Notes: generated from the letters alone by a model not told the origin. DNA of 64,000 bases from an uncultured virus (IMG/VR IMGVR_UViG_3300029305_007917) (IMGVR_UViG_3300029305_007917); one strand, 5' to 3'; shown: positions 39,319 to 49,855, counted from the first letter of the stretch. A program made the numbers and translations.

Positions 39319-41862
39319 ATGATACCAATTCTTAAAAATAAAAATAATGGTACAACAATCGGGTTTCTTAAGGATGTCATTTCTTGCATCGTTACAGAAG
39401 AGCGAAATGGTGTATATGAGTTGCTAATGACATACCCATTAACCGGTCAACACGCAAGTCGAATAACTACAGGCAGATGCATTCTTGCAAAACCCAATGA
39501 CACAACAGACAATCAAATATTTCAAATTTACGAGGTTACAAAGCCGATTTCAGGCGTTTTTACAGTAAAGGCGGAACATATCTCTTATTTACTTTCAAGC
39601 ATTCCTACGGGCGATGTGGCGCTTTCAGGAGCAACCTCATCAACTGCTATGGCATTACTTCTTGGAAATGCAGTAAACAAGGGGTCTTTTGGTACTGTTT
39701 GGAGTGATATTTCCACGACTAACAAATTTGTTTTTAATGTTGGCTCTGTTCGTGCTGCTTTGGGTGGCACGGAAGGTTCGATATTAGATGTTTATGGTGG
39801 CGAGTTTGAATTTGATAATTACACTATCAAGCTCCATAAAAATCGTGGTACTGATACCGGTGTTATCATCGCTTATCGAAAAAATCTTACAGATTTGAAG
39901 CTGACAATGTCGATGGAAAGCTCATATACAGCTCTCCACCCATATTGCTATAAAGATGAGGTTTTAACTTTACTGACGGAACGAGTAATTTCGGTTACAA
40001 ATTCATCAGGTATTCCAACAAAAACCCTTATAAAAGACTTCACTTCCTTCTTTGAAAATGACGAGGAAATCACTGAAACTGCTCTTCGTACCAAAGCTAA
40101 TGCTTGGCTTGAAGAAAACGATATTAATTCACCTACCATTAACCTTTCAGTTGCTTTTCAACATTTATGGCAATCGCCTGAATATGCTGATTTGCAGGCT
40201 CTTGAAAAAGTGTCCCTTTGCGATACTGTTAGCGTTTGGCACAGCGAACTTGATATCTACATCAAGTCAAAAGTTGTGAAGACAGTATATGACAGTGTCG
40301 GTGAGAAATACGACAAAATTGAACTTGGTAGCGTAAGACCCAACTTTGCGGATACTGTAAAGCAGACAGAAAAGGATATCGAAAAAATCAAGAATAATCA
40401 AAACAACTACCACTCGCAGATTACTGAAGAATACCTCGCAGCCATCGATGCCGCCACTAAAGCCATAACCGGTAACAGTGGTGGCTATGTTGTTTTGCAT
40501 CCTTCAAAAAACCCACAGGAACTTCTCATTATGAATCAACCTAATATAGACAGTGCGACAAAAATGTGGAGATTCAATTTGAGTGGTTTCGGTTACTCAT
40601 CAAATGGTTATGACGGCCCCTTCAAAACTGCCATCACGATGAATGGTCAAATCAACGCTGACTTCATCACTACAGGTACTTTAACAGCAAACATCATTCG
40701 TGCCGGTGTTTTGATGGCGGCTGATGGTTCGTCATACTTCGACCTTGATTCCGGTTACTTTTCAACATCTTACGCAAACATCACCGGTGGTTACATCTCA
40801 ATCGGTTCAACAGACTATCGAACAGAAATTATTGCAGGTAACATCCGTGTTTTCCTTGCTTCGGTTTCAACTACAGTCCCTATTGGTGGTCTTGTTCCTT
40901 TGGGAACATCAACTACGAAACGAATGGCAGTGTACTGTGGTGAGGAATCCGATATGAACGGCGTAAGTATTTCTTATAAGAATGCAGATAATTCAGGATT
41001 TACAAATATAGCCGTGTTTGATAAGGATGCCATCGAGCTTTGGTACCCTACACAAATTGTAGGTAACACCACTGTTTTTGGTAATCTTTATGTTTATGAC
41101 ACCGGTGTCATTAAGGCAGCAAAAAACATCTATACAAACGAGGCTTCAGCTGACCTTTACGGTTCTATTTACCATTACCGAACTAAAAAGTTTGATGGCA
41201 CAAATAACTACACGGCATATACAGTTTTTGGCTGTGGCAATCCTGAAAGTCGTCCTTCGGTAGCACTTCAAGTAAACAACTATGGTAATACAACAGCTAT
41301 TGCCCGCCTTGATATTTTTCAAAGCTATGGTGAAGCGATGATTGGTATTAAAGGCTACAGTAATGGCACATGGTCAAAGATGCTTGAGTTGGGTGCTTCC
41401 TTGTGGTGGGGTGGCAACATCTACTCGAAAGGTGTCCTTGTTACTTCTTCCGAAGAAATCAAGGAAAACATCCAAGAGTCAACGGATGTTTTGGATTTGT
41501 TCCGAAACTCAAAAATCTACTCATATAACTACATCCCGGATGAAGAAAATATCATCACGGATGGTGTTGTTGTAGAAGCAGAACAATTTTATTCAAATGG
41601 TGTTGGTGAAGGAACAACACTTGAAGAAGAAAACAAGCACATTCCTTATACCGGTCAAACCTATGAAAAATCAGCAGTAGAACCCGTAACAGAAAGTTTT
41701 GGTTTTGTCATTGAACGAGAAACACCTCCACAGGTTATCTCTGCAGACGGAAAACACATCAATATGTATTCAATGACATCAATCGTATGGAAAGGCATCC
41801 AAGAACTGCTCACACGTATTGAGAGTCTTGAAGATGAACTTTCACAATTGAAAGGAGTCTAA
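39319..41862 (+). CDS. Tail-associated endopeptidase/spike (Tal) with C-terminal S74-like chaperone domain
   Basis: VTEERNGVYEL, GGEFEFDN, INADFITTGTL, SSEEIKENI...WKGIQEL. Confidence 0.82.
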   Translation: MIPILKNKNNGTTIGFLKDVISCIVTEERNGVYELLMTYPLTGQHASRITTGRCILAKPNDTTDNQIFQIYEVTKPISGVFTVKAEHISYLLSSIPTGDVALSGATSSTAMALLLGNAVNKGSFGTVWSDISTTNKFVFNVGSVRAALGGTEGSILDVYGGEFEFDNYTIKLHKNRGTDTGVIIAYRKNLTDLKLTMSMESSYTALHPYCYKDEVLTLLTERVISVTNSSGIPTKTLIKDFTSFFENDEEITETALRTKANAWLEENDINSPTINLSVAFQHLWQSPEYADLQALEKVSLCDTVSVWHSELDIYIKSKVVKTVYDSVGEKYDKIELGSVRPNFADTVKQTEKDIEKIKNNQNNYHSQITEEYLAAIDAATKAITGNSGGYVVLHPSKNPQELLIMNQPNIDSATKMWRFNLSGFGYSSNGYDGPFKTAITMNGQINADFITTGTLTANIIRAGVLMAADGSSYFDLDSGYFSTSYANITGGYISIGSTDYRTEIIAGNIRVFLASVSTTVPIGGLVPLGTSTTKRMAVYCGEESDMNGVSISYKNADNSGFTNIAVFDKDAIELWYPTQIVGNTTVFGNLYVYDTGVIKAAKNIYTNEASADLYGSIYHYRTKKFDGTNNYTAYTVFGCGNPESRPSVALQVNNYGNTTAIARLDIFQSYGEAMIGIKGYSNGTWSKMLELGASLWWGGNIYSKGVLVTSSEEIKENIQESTDVLDLFRNSKIYSYNYIPDEENIITDGVVVEAEQFYSNGVGEGTTLEEENKHIPYTGQTYEKSAVEPVTESFGFVIERETPPQVISADGKHINMYSMTSIVWKGIQELLTRIESLEDELSQLKGV

Positions 41863-41864
41863 CT

Positions 41865-41999
41865 ATGAAAGAAAAGCTCGAAAAAAAGCTCACTGAATTG
41901 GCACAGCAGAAGGAACAGATTGTTGCACAGCTCAATGCCATTATGGGAGCAGAACAGGTAATCAAATCTATGCTTGAGGAGGAAAACAAAGATGAATGA
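41865..41999 (+). CDS. 44-aa coiled-coil phage protein
   Basis: AAGGAG RBS; MKEKLEKKLTELAQQKEQIVAQLNAI... Confidence 0.55.
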   Translation: MKEKLEKKLTELAQQKEQIVAQLNAIMGAEQVIKSMLEEENKDE

Positions 42000-42306
42000 T
42001 GTAACAACACTCCTCATTGCCCTTGGCGTTCCTACAGCCTTTACAGGCTTCTGTTTTTGGCTTTTGAAACGCCACATCGACAAGAAAGAGCAAATTCGTG
42101 AAGAACACGAAAGAGCTCGTAAACAGAATGAATTGCTTCTCGTACAGGGAGTATTTGCTTCCATTGGTCTTGGTGAAGCTACAGCATTAGCTCTCAAGAA
42201 TGGTCATACCAATGGCGAGACAGAAGCTGCCTTGGAATATGCAAGAAACATAAAACATCAGCAGAAAAACTTCCTTACGGAGCAAGGCATCAATAACATC
42301 TATTAG
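41992..42306 (+). CDS. Membrane protein of lysis cassette (holin-like)
   Basis: N-terminal TM helix; GGAGG RBS; upstream of holin. Confidence 0.6.
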   Translation: MNDVTTLLIALGVPTAFTGFCFWLLKRHIDKKEQIREEHERARKQNELLLVQGVFASIGLGEATALALKNGHTNGETEAALEYARNIKHQQKNFLTEQGINNIY

Positions 42307-42317
42307 GAGGCAAAACT

Positions 42318-42668
42318 ATGAACTTCTTTGAAACATTTATCACCTCATATGGTGAAGCAATCCTTTATGCAGTACTTACTGCTATTGCCGGTTTTCTTGG
42401 CTCACAGCTTAAGAGAATCTATGAAAAATACATCAACGACAAAACCAAAAAGGCTGTTGTTGAAACCTGCGTAAAAGCCGTGGAACAGTTATATAAAGAC
42501 CTTCACGGAGCAGACAAGCTCGAAGTAGCAAAAGAAAATATTCTCGCTATGCTTGAAGAAAAAGGACTTACTATTTCAGACCTTGAGATGGATTTACTTA
42601 TTGAATCTTGTGTAGCGGAATTCAATATTAATTTTCAGAAAGAGGTAGTTATTGATGAGCAAAACTAA
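42318..42668 (+). CDS. Holin (LL-H-like)
   Basis: One TM helix, VKAVEQ..., GADK, IESCV. Confidence 0.78.
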   Translation: MNFFETFITSYGEAILYAVLTAIAGFLGSQLKRIYEKYINDKTKKAVVETCVKAVEQLYKDLHGADKLEVAKENILAMLEEKGLTISDLEMDLLIESCVAEFNINFQKEVVIDEQN

Positions 42669-43587
42669 CATTGGACTCGTTGAGTATGCAAAGGCTCAAC
42701 TTGGTAAGCCATATTGGTATGGCACATTCGGTCAGCTTTCCACACCTTCACTTTACACACAGAAGAAGAAACAGTACCCCAAGTACTATGGTTGGTCTTA
42801 CAAGCAGTCAGAACTTAACATCAAAGTTCACGATTGTGTTGGTCTTATTAAGGGTTACCTTTGGTGCGACAGCCCCACAGACAAAACTCCTACATATAAG
42901 TCTGCACAAGATGTTTCTGCAACCGGAATGCTTAACAGATGTAAGGAAAAGGGTTCTATCGGAACTATGCCTGACATCCCCGGTATTCTTGTTTTTCTTC
43001 CCGGTCACGTTGGCGTTTACATCGGTGATGGCTATGTAGTTGAAGCTCATGGTCACACAAAGGGTGTAATCAAAACCAAACTCAAAGGACGTGGTTGGAA
43101 GAATTGGGGTAAATGCCCGTGGATTACCTACGAAGAAGTAAAGAAACCTACAACAACTACAAAACCTACTACAACGACACCTACAACGAATAACTCTTCA
43201 GCTCCGAAGGTTATCGCAACGGGTGTCGTTAATTGTTACTCTCTTAACTTCCGTAATGGTGCAGGTACTAACAACACCAAAATCCTCAAGGTTCTCAAGA
43301 GAAACACAAAAGTTTCAATCATCGGTAAAGTATCAAATTGGTACAGAGTTATCGTTGATGGCACTACCGGTTATGTTAAGGCTTCTTACATCACTTGGAA
43401 TGGCAAGGTTACCGGTGGCACTGTTAACCTTCGTAAGGGTCCGTCAACTGCAAAATCTGTTATTGCTGTTCTTACAAAAGGAACTGCTGTAACGGTTATT
43501 GATTCAACAGGCTCTTGGTACAAAATCAAGGCAACCTATAAGGGTAAAACTTATACAGGCTATATGTCAGCCACATATATAGCTTAA
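42655..43587 (+). CDS. Endolysin: NlpC/P60-like peptidase plus two SH3b domains
   Basis: DCVGLIKG, GHVGVYIG, Thr-rich linker, two LN.R.G...WY...GY repeats. Confidence 0.85.
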   Translation: MSKTNIGLVEYAKAQLGKPYWYGTFGQLSTPSLYTQKKKQYPKYYGWSYKQSELNIKVHDCVGLIKGYLWCDSPTDKTPTYKSAQDVSATGMLNRCKEKGSIGTMPDIPGILVFLPGHVGVYIGDGYVVEAHGHTKGVIKTKLKGRGWKNWGKCPWITYEEVKKPTTTTKPTTTTPTTNNSSAPKVIATGVVNCYSLNFRNGAGTNNTKILKVLKRNTKVSIIGKVSNWYRVIVDGTTGYVKASYITWNGKVTGGTVNLRKGPSTAKSVIAVLTKGTAVTVIDSTGSWYKIKATYKGKTYTGYMSATYIA

Positions 43588-43598
43588 TTTTTGGGGAG

Positions 43599-43976
43599 GT
43601 GGCTGTGTTGACAAACAAAGAAAATGAAATAATCCGTTTAAGAAGAAATGGTGAATCATTAAAGGACATAGCCACCTTCGTAAATATGCCCCTCGGTTCG
43701 GTTAAGTCTTTCATCGCAAGAAATGATATTCACCCTTATACCGAGGGGTATTGCAAACAGTGTGGTGCAAAACTTACATATACTGACCACAAAAAGAAAA
43801 GGCAGTTCTGTTCGGTAAACTGCAAGGATAAATGGTGGAATACCAACAGAACTTACACTTTCACTTGTAAACACTGTAACAAGGTTTTTATCAAGCATAG
43901 AAATGATAAGCCTTTATACTGTTCACACGCCTGCTACATTGCAGACAGATTTGGAGGGAAAAATGAACATTCATAA
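43599..43976 (+). CDS. HTH plus zinc-finger protein preceding the recombinases
   Basis: SLKDIA...SVKSF; CKQC, FCSVNC, CKHC, YCSHAC. Confidence 0.75.
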   Translation: MAVLTNKENEIIRLRRNGESLKDIATFVNMPLGSVKSFIARNDIHPYTEGYCKQCGAKLTYTDHKKKRQFCSVNCKDKWWNTNRTYTFTCKHCNKVFIKHRNDKPLYCSHACYIADRFGGKNEHS

Positions 43977-44154
43977 CAACTCAAATATTGAAAAAAGAAT
44001 GTGTCTCACAGATGCACAATTCAGAAATGAAAAGAGATATAATCTTGGCTTGAGAATGGCAAATAATCTCCTTGATAAAGGCTTAATTTCCGAGCAAGAT
44101 TACCTCGAAATTAACGATAAATTGGCGCAAAAATATACCCCTATCTTTGGTTAA
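43963..44154 (+). CDS. Small SHOCT-like recombinase-associated protein
   Basis: LLDKGLISEQDY...KYTP; GGAGG RBS. Confidence 0.65.
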   Translation: MNIHNNSNIEKRMCLTDAQFRNEKRYNLGLRMANNLLDKGLISEQDYLEINDKLAQKYTPIFG

Positions 44155-44224
44155 TTTATGCTCATAAAATCGTTGATAAATTGTATCAACAGAGTTAATA
44201 TGTACCACAGAAAGGAGTGATACA

Positions 44225-45514
44225 ATGGCTACAAAAATGACAGTCATTCAACCTAAAAAGATAAAAGAGTTCAAAGAACTTCGTGTTTGTGCATATGCTC
44301 GTGTTTCAGCAAAAAATGACGATATGCTTCGTTCTTTAGGTTCACAGGTTGCCTATTATATTGACTACATTTCTTCTCACCCCGGTTGGAAGTTTGTGGA
44401 AGTTTTTCACGACAAGCCTACAACCGGAACAAAAGAAGAAAGACCTGAATTCTTAAGAATGATTGAAATGTGTAGGCGTGGTGAAATTGATATGATTATA
44501 ACTAAATCATTATCTCGTTTTGCACGTAACACAGTAACAACATTAACTTACACAAGAGAGTTGAAATCTTTAGGTGTTGATGTATTCTTTGAAAATGAAA
44601 ACATCCATACGATGAGTGCGGATGGTGAGGTCGTTCTCACTTGCTATGCTTCGTTTGCACAGGATGAAAGTTTATCCGTAAGTGAAAACTGCAAATGGAG
44701 AATCAAGAAACGATTTGAAAAAGGTGAAATGACTGACTTTAGAATTTTAGGTTATGATTGGGTTGACCATCAACTCTACATAAACCCTAAAGAAGCTGAA
44801 ATCATTAAACGCATTTATCGTGAATACCTTGAAGGTAAAGGCTTTCAGGGTATTGCCAATGGACTCAACAAGGATGGGTTGCGAACCAAGGATAATAACA
44901 ACTTTGGTTATACTTCCATTCGTTGCATTCTTATAAATGAAAAATATGTCGGTGACTTAATTCTTCAAAAATCTTTTTATGACAATCACCTTACAAAAAA
45001 GAAAATCGTAAACAAAGGTGAGCGTGACCGGTACTTCATCAAAGATAACCACGAGCCTATAATCGACCGTGAGACCTTTGAGAAAGTACAACAGGAAATA
45101 CAAGCACGAAGTAAGAAAGCTCCTAAAACTCAATCAGCTCCCTGCATTTTTACAAGTTTACTCACTTGTGGTATTTGTGGAAAGAACTATCGCAAGAAAA
45201 TAAATAGTAAAAAACTTGTATGGATGTGTCCAACATATAATCACATAGGTAAATCAGCTTGTGATTCTCAAATGATACGAGATGACATTCTGAAAGAAAC
45301 TTCTGCCAAAGCACTCGGTATGCCGGAATTCGATGAAGAAGTTTTCAAAAAGAAAGTCAAAGGTATTCAGGTTTTGAGAAATAACAGGCTGATTTATTTT
45401 TTCACCGATGGCACATCAAAAGAGATGATATGGAAACAAAAATCTCGTGCCGATGCTTGGACTCCTGAAATGAAAGAAAAACAATCAAAACTTATTTTAG
45501 AAAGGAATTTATAA
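44225..45514 (+). CDS. Large serine recombinase 1
   Basis: AYARVS, TKSLSRFARN, recombinase domain, CGICG zinc ribbon. Confidence 0.93.
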   Translation: MATKMTVIQPKKIKEFKELRVCAYARVSAKNDDMLRSLGSQVAYYIDYISSHPGWKFVEVFHDKPTTGTKEERPEFLRMIEMCRRGEIDMIITKSLSRFARNTVTTLTYTRELKSLGVDVFFENENIHTMSADGEVVLTCYASFAQDESLSVSENCKWRIKKRFEKGEMTDFRILGYDWVDHQLYINPKEAEIIKRIYREYLEGKGFQGIANGLNKDGLRTKDNNNFGYTSIRCILINEKYVGDLILQKSFYDNHLTKKKIVNKGERDRYFIKDNHEPIIDRETFEKVQQEIQARSKKAPKTQSAPCIFTSLLTCGICGKNYRKKINSKKLVWMCPTYNHIGKSACDSQMIRDDILKETSAKALGMPEFDEEVFKKKVKGIQVLRNNRLIYFFTDGTSKEMIWKQKSRADAWTPEMKEKQSKLILERNL

Positions 45515-45517
45515 TTT

Positions 45518-45991
45518 ATGAATCAAACTATTAACAACACAACTAATGAAAACAAAATCACAAAGGTAGCGGCATATTTCTGCTATTATGCTGACCCTAC
45601 AAACCCATCAAAACAGTATGATGAGCAGTACGAATACTACAAGGAAAAAATCACAAGTAACCCTGACTACGAATTTACGGGCATATATGCTGATGAAACT
45701 TCAACTAATACCCGAGAGAACTTTGACGCAATGGTTAAGGATGCACTCGATGGAAAGATTGACCTTATTATAATGAAATCAGTTTCTCGTCTCGGTAAGT
45801 GTACAGTTGAAAACCTCAATACGATTAGAATTCTTCGAGATAAGGGCGTTGACATTTATTTTGAAAATCAGAACTTCAGTACATTAGGTCCAAATAGTGA
45901 GCTAATACTTTCGATTTATGGTTCTTTTGCGGCAGAAGAAAGAGAAAAAGCTGAAGAAGAGGAATTTCGCAGAACTCACTCTACAAACTAA
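45518..45991 (+). CDS. Serine recombinase catalytic-domain-only protein lacking the catalytic serine
   Basis: AAYFCYYAD in place of AYARVSTD; retains KSVSRLG and GVDIYFE. Confidence 0.75.
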   Translation: MNQTINNTTNENKITKVAAYFCYYADPTNPSKQYDEQYEYYKEKITSNPDYEFTGIYADETSTNTRENFDAMVKDALDGKIDLIIMKSVSRLGKCTVENLNTIRILRDKGVDIYFENQNFSTLGPNSELILSIYGSFAAEEREKAEEEEFRRTHSTN

Positions 45992-46012
45992 AGAAAAGGA
46001 CGGAATGATGTT

Positions 46013-47578
46013 ATGGCAAAAGTAACCATTATCCCTGCATTTGCAAAGGAAGAAAACGCAGTAGCAAAAAAGAAATTAAAAGTTGCGGCATACGCTCGTG
46101 TTTCAACTGACACAGAAGAGCAGCTGAATAGCTACACTGCACAGTGCGAATATTATAAAGATTTAATTACAAACAATCCTGATTATGAATTTGTTGGGAT
46201 TTACACTGACGAAGGTATTACCGGTACTTGTCTTAAGAAGCGAGATGGATTCAATCGTATGGTCGAGGATGCCTTGAATGGTAAAATTGATAAAATCTAC
46301 ATAAAGACAATTTCACGATTAGGAAGAAACACTGTTGATAACTTAAGTGCAATAAGAGCTCTCCGAGCAAAAGGCGTCGATATATATTTTGAAATTCAAG
46401 GTATAAATACCTTGACAATGTCAAGTGAGTTGCTTGTTACAATCTTCTCTTCTCTTGCACAAGATGAAAGTCGTTCCATAAGTGACAATGTTGCGTGGGG
46501 TAAACGAAGAAAATTTGAACGTGGTGAGTTCTCACTTCCTTACAGCAAGTTCCTCGGATACAAGAAAGGCCCCGATGGTAAGCCTGAAATCGTTGAGAAA
46601 GAAGCTGAAATCATAAGACGAATTTATAAGCTCTTTTTACAGGGTTACACACCGAGTAACATCGCACACTTGCTTACCGATGAAAAAATACCAACCCCCG
46701 GTGGTAAAGAAAAATGGTCAACATCAACCGTAACATCCATTCTGCAGAATGAAAAATACTGTGGTTGTGCTTTGCTTCAAAAATGTTATGTTCCGGACTT
46801 CCTTACACATAAAAGTGTTCCTAACGATGGTACATTAAAACAGTATTTCATTGAAGACAGTCACCCTGCAATTATTCGCAAAGAAGTATTTGAATTGGTA
46901 CAAGGTGAATTTGAAAAACGCAAAGACCAAAAGCGTATGGTTCGTAGCAATGTATTCAGTGGCAAGATATTCTGTGCTGATTGTGGTGGCTTGTATGGTG
47001 CAAAGTTATGGCATTCTACTGACAAATACAAAAAGACAATATTCCAATGCAACAACAAATTCAAGAACAAGCAGAAATGCACCACAGGTAATATTTCAGA
47101 AGAAACTATAAAAATTCTTTTCTTAAAAGCCGTAACAAACATCCTTGCAAATGACGATTATATGGATGTAAAGGAAATGATACTTGAGCAGTTTGCAGAT
47201 GACCCTAAATTGGAAGATACCCTTTTAACCTTGCAGGCACAGGCAGCGAACCTTACACAGCAAGTTGAAATGCTTATCAACAGTTCTGCAAAGACCGGTA
47301 ATGCACAAGTATTCCAAAGACAGTATGAATTATTGAAAACTGACCACGAAAAGGTTGTTTTGAAAATTGAAACAACTGAAAATGCAATAACGGAAAAACG
47401 CAGAAAACATGTTACAATTTCCGAGTTTTTTAATACACTTGAAGAAATCCATAACACTGAACTTTCATTCAGTGAAGACCTATGGACAAGCCTTGTTGAA
47501 AAGGCTGTGGTTGGTAAGAACACAATAACATTCATTTTCAAAGACGGAAGTGAAGAAACACTCCCAATCAAAATTTAA
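46013..47578 (+). CDS. Large serine recombinase 2
   Basis: AYARVSTD, SRLGRN, CADCG zinc ribbon, coiled coil. Confidence 0.93.
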   Translation: MAKVTIIPAFAKEENAVAKKKLKVAAYARVSTDTEEQLNSYTAQCEYYKDLITNNPDYEFVGIYTDEGITGTCLKKRDGFNRMVEDALNGKIDKIYIKTISRLGRNTVDNLSAIRALRAKGVDIYFEIQGINTLTMSSELLVTIFSSLAQDESRSISDNVAWGKRRKFERGEFSLPYSKFLGYKKGPDGKPEIVEKEAEIIRRIYKLFLQGYTPSNIAHLLTDEKIPTPGGKEKWSTSTVTSILQNEKYCGCALLQKCYVPDFLTHKSVPNDGTLKQYFIEDSHPAIIRKEVFELVQGEFEKRKDQKRMVRSNVFSGKIFCADCGGLYGAKLWHSTDKYKKTIFQCNNKFKNKQKCTTGNISEETIKILFLKAVTNILANDDYMDVKEMILEQFADDPKLEDTLLTLQAQAANLTQQVEMLINSSAKTGNAQVFQRQYELLKTDHEKVVLKIETTENAITEKRRKHVTISEFFNTLEEIHNTELSFSEDLWTSLVEKAVVGKNTITFIFKDGSEETLPIKI

Positions 47579-47595
47579 GATATAACAGATTAACA

Positions 47596-47636
47596 CCCCA
47601 CAGGAATTTTATGTAGTTCTTGTGGGGCATTTTTTG
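47596..47636. terminator. Terminator between convergent operons
   Basis: CCCCACAGGAAT...GTTCTTGTGGGG then T-run. Confidence 0.7.
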
Positions 47637-47679
47637 TTATCAAAACATTCCTCTTTCAAGTTTACAGATGGGTATTGTT

Positions 47680-48585
47680 TTAATCGTTTTCACCGTTATC
47701 ATCGATACAACTATCTTCATCAAAATCATCAAGGCTGAACTGCTCTTCAGCTAAACGCAGCTCTTCCTCGTATTCTTCAGGGAAGCCTGTACGCTTTTTT
47801 CGTCTGTTAGAATATAGGGTTGACCACTTAAGTGCATTCTTCATTTTTTTGTTATAAACAGTAAGTAATGCCTCTGCGTATCCCATTGAACCTGACTGCC
47901 TTTCACGGGCGTTCCTAATAATCTCCTTGAGTGAAACTACACTTAACTTTTCTTTGAACAGCTCATCATTCAAACTGTCACCATAAGCATTTACAAGTGT
48001 TGCTATGCCTTTGAGCATATTTGCAGAAAAGGAATTAGCATCTCCTTCCCAAGTACCAATGCACAATCGCATAGTTCTATCCAAACAATGGTATCCGTAC
48101 CTATCCATAATTTCTTCCAAAGAAGCTATTGCACAAATACCACCGGGTTTTTTACCATTACTGATTTTCAATCCGTATGACTCGACAAGAGCTTTAATCA
48201 TCAACTGCTTATCGTTTCCGGCTTCGATGTTTGCCATAAAAATTTCATAAGGTAAAAGTGCCTTCGTGTACTTGAGCTGATTCGCAAAAATATCTGCTTC
48301 TTCTTCGTAATCCAAATCATCGTAAACCATACACCAAACAGGAGTATCACGAGAGCCTGAAACAAGAGCTACAATTTCAATGGTGTGCTGACCATTAAAA
48401 ACATAATTAACTCCGTTTCTGCGACTTACTTTTACAGGGTTGATTTGGTATAAATCAAAATTATCTGCTGCTTTTTGCACATGTTTTACAGACAGATTTC
48501 TTTGATAATCTTGGTTTGAAACAAGGTTTTTTATAGGTATTTGTTCAAAGTGTACCTGTGGAACGAATTCTGAATAATCTATCAT
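47680..48585 (-). CDS. ParB/DndB-like (DUF6551-like) protein
   Basis: YQRNL...FNGQHT, a variant of DGQHR. Confidence 0.7.
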   Translation of the reverse strand: MIDYSEFVPQVHFEQIPIKNLVSNQDYQRNLSVKHVQKAADNFDLYQINPVKVSRRNGVNYVFNGQHTIEIVALVSGSRDTPVWCMVYDDLDYEEEADIFANQLKYTKALLPYEIFMANIEAGNDKQLMIKALVESYGLKISNGKKPGGICAIASLEEIMDRYGYHCLDRTMRLCIGTWEGDANSFSANMLKGIATLVNAYGDSLNDELFKEKLSVVSLKEIIRNARERQSGSMGYAEALLTVYNKKMKNALKWSTLYSNRRKKRTGFPEEYEEELRLAEEQFSLDDFDEDSCIDDNGEND

Positions 48586-49499
48586 TTTTCTTTACCTCTC
48601 AATGCATCCTGCATTCCTTCTGCTGCACTATTCAAGTCATATAACGCCATAAATGTATTGATTCGTGCATTATCACTTACTTCTGTTAAATTAACATTTT
48701 TCTTGACCCTTTCAATTGAACTTATCCACGAGGGTATGGTTAAACACAAACTCGATAATTCTGCATCCGGGTCATATTCGGGCATATTTTTTATTGCAAT
48801 TGTCGGTTTTTCGGATTGCATTTTTGATGCCCTTCTTGTTTTCGGAGGTGAAAATTCACCACGATGTTGCTTGAATTCCGAAAAGTCTTTCTTCTGTATA
48901 ACAAGATGTTCATACAGTTTTTTCAATTCTCTGTCTGTTAAACAAACCAATTCAGCAATGTTTTCTTGCGATATGAAAACCTTTCCTTCTAACAATGCAT
49001 CTGCAAGTTCCGGTAGGCTTTCACGAACGTGGTCAATGCCTATGGAATATAGGAAATACTTGTTCAATGTATTCCGTGAAAATTCATACTCAAGTGCCAT
49101 ATCAGTCATACTCTTTCCGTCACGGTCTTTTTCATCTTTCGTGGCTCTTGGTGGAATTTTACCTTTAGGAGCTTCATCCTTTTCATACGAATATCGCTTA
49201 CCGATGCAATACCATCGTGTTTCTTTTGGTAGGTCTTCACGCATAGCTTGTTTTTCACAAATCCACGCCTTAACCTTTTCTTTGCAGAAATACTTCAGCT
49301 TGATGTAGCTTATGGGCAGGTCATAATCTTTTGCAATCATATACTCATCGTAGCCGTCCACAATGTGGTTCTTCCATATTGTGACTTCCGCATAACCTTT
49401 ATTCAAAACAAGGTCTTCAAGTTGATTTCTTGCTTTAGTTTTTCTTGGAAACATCAACCATAAAAATTCATTAGTTATTTTAACTTCAAAATCATTCAT
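48582..49499 (-). CDS. ParB-like protein with degenerate nucleotide-binding motif and HTH
   Basis: IWKNHIVDGYDEY, WICEKQAMREDL, MALEYEFSRNTL. Confidence 0.6.
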   Translation of the reverse strand: MNDFEVKITNEFLWLMFPRKTKARNQLEDLVLNKGYAEVTIWKNHIVDGYDEYMIAKDYDLPISYIKLKYFCKEKVKAWICEKQAMREDLPKETRWYCIGKRYSYEKDEAPKGKIPPRATKDEKDRDGKSMTDMALEYEFSRNTLNKYFLYSIGIDHVRESLPELADALLEGKVFISQENIAELVCLTDRELKKLYEHLVIQKKDFSEFKQHRGEFSPPKTRRASKMQSEKPTIAIKNMPEYDPDAELSSLCLTIPSWISSIERVKKNVNLTEVSDNARINTFMALYDLNSAAEGMQDALRGKEK

Positions 49500-49510
49500 T
49501 TTTCACACTC

Positions 49511-49855
49511 CTATACCACAGACTTTAGGTCAAACATAGCAACATTCTCTGATTCTACAATTTCACCTATCAGCTTGTAGTTCTTATTCTTATCCCAACC
49601 GGGACACACCTTTGCCAATGTTTCTATAAGGTTTTTACTGTAAAGTTCATAGGAAGAGTGTGCAGGTCTGCTCCAATCAATCTTATGCGCGAGTTTTGCT
49701 TTTTTACCTACAGGACGAATTGCAATAAACAAATCATCCGGGTTCACAAGAAGCTGAATATAATCAGGCTCACCCAATAAATGAAGGGTTTTCTTGTACA
49801 CCCTGATGCGACTCTTCTTTTGGTCTATCGAAATTAGTGCTGTTTTGTTTTTCAT
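49511..49855 (-). CDS. Hypothetical protein; minimal copy of the domain shared with the two upstream genes
   Basis: DYIQLLVNP...IAIRP...W...YKLIG...FDL; GAGG RBS. Confidence 0.75.
   Translation of the reverse strand: MKNKTALISIDQKKSRIRVYKKTLHLLGEPDYIQLLVNPDDLFIAIRPVGKKAKLAHKIDWSRPAHSSYELYSKNLIETLAKVCPGWDKNKNYKLIGEIVESENVAMFDLKSVV

Noticed and set aside
43140..43195. ACAACA/CCTACA repeats
   Set aside because: Thr/Pro linker of the endolysin
48658..49308. 216-aa antisense ORF
   Set aside because: Shadow of the ParB-like gene; Ser/Phe-rich composition typical of antisense frames, no RBS
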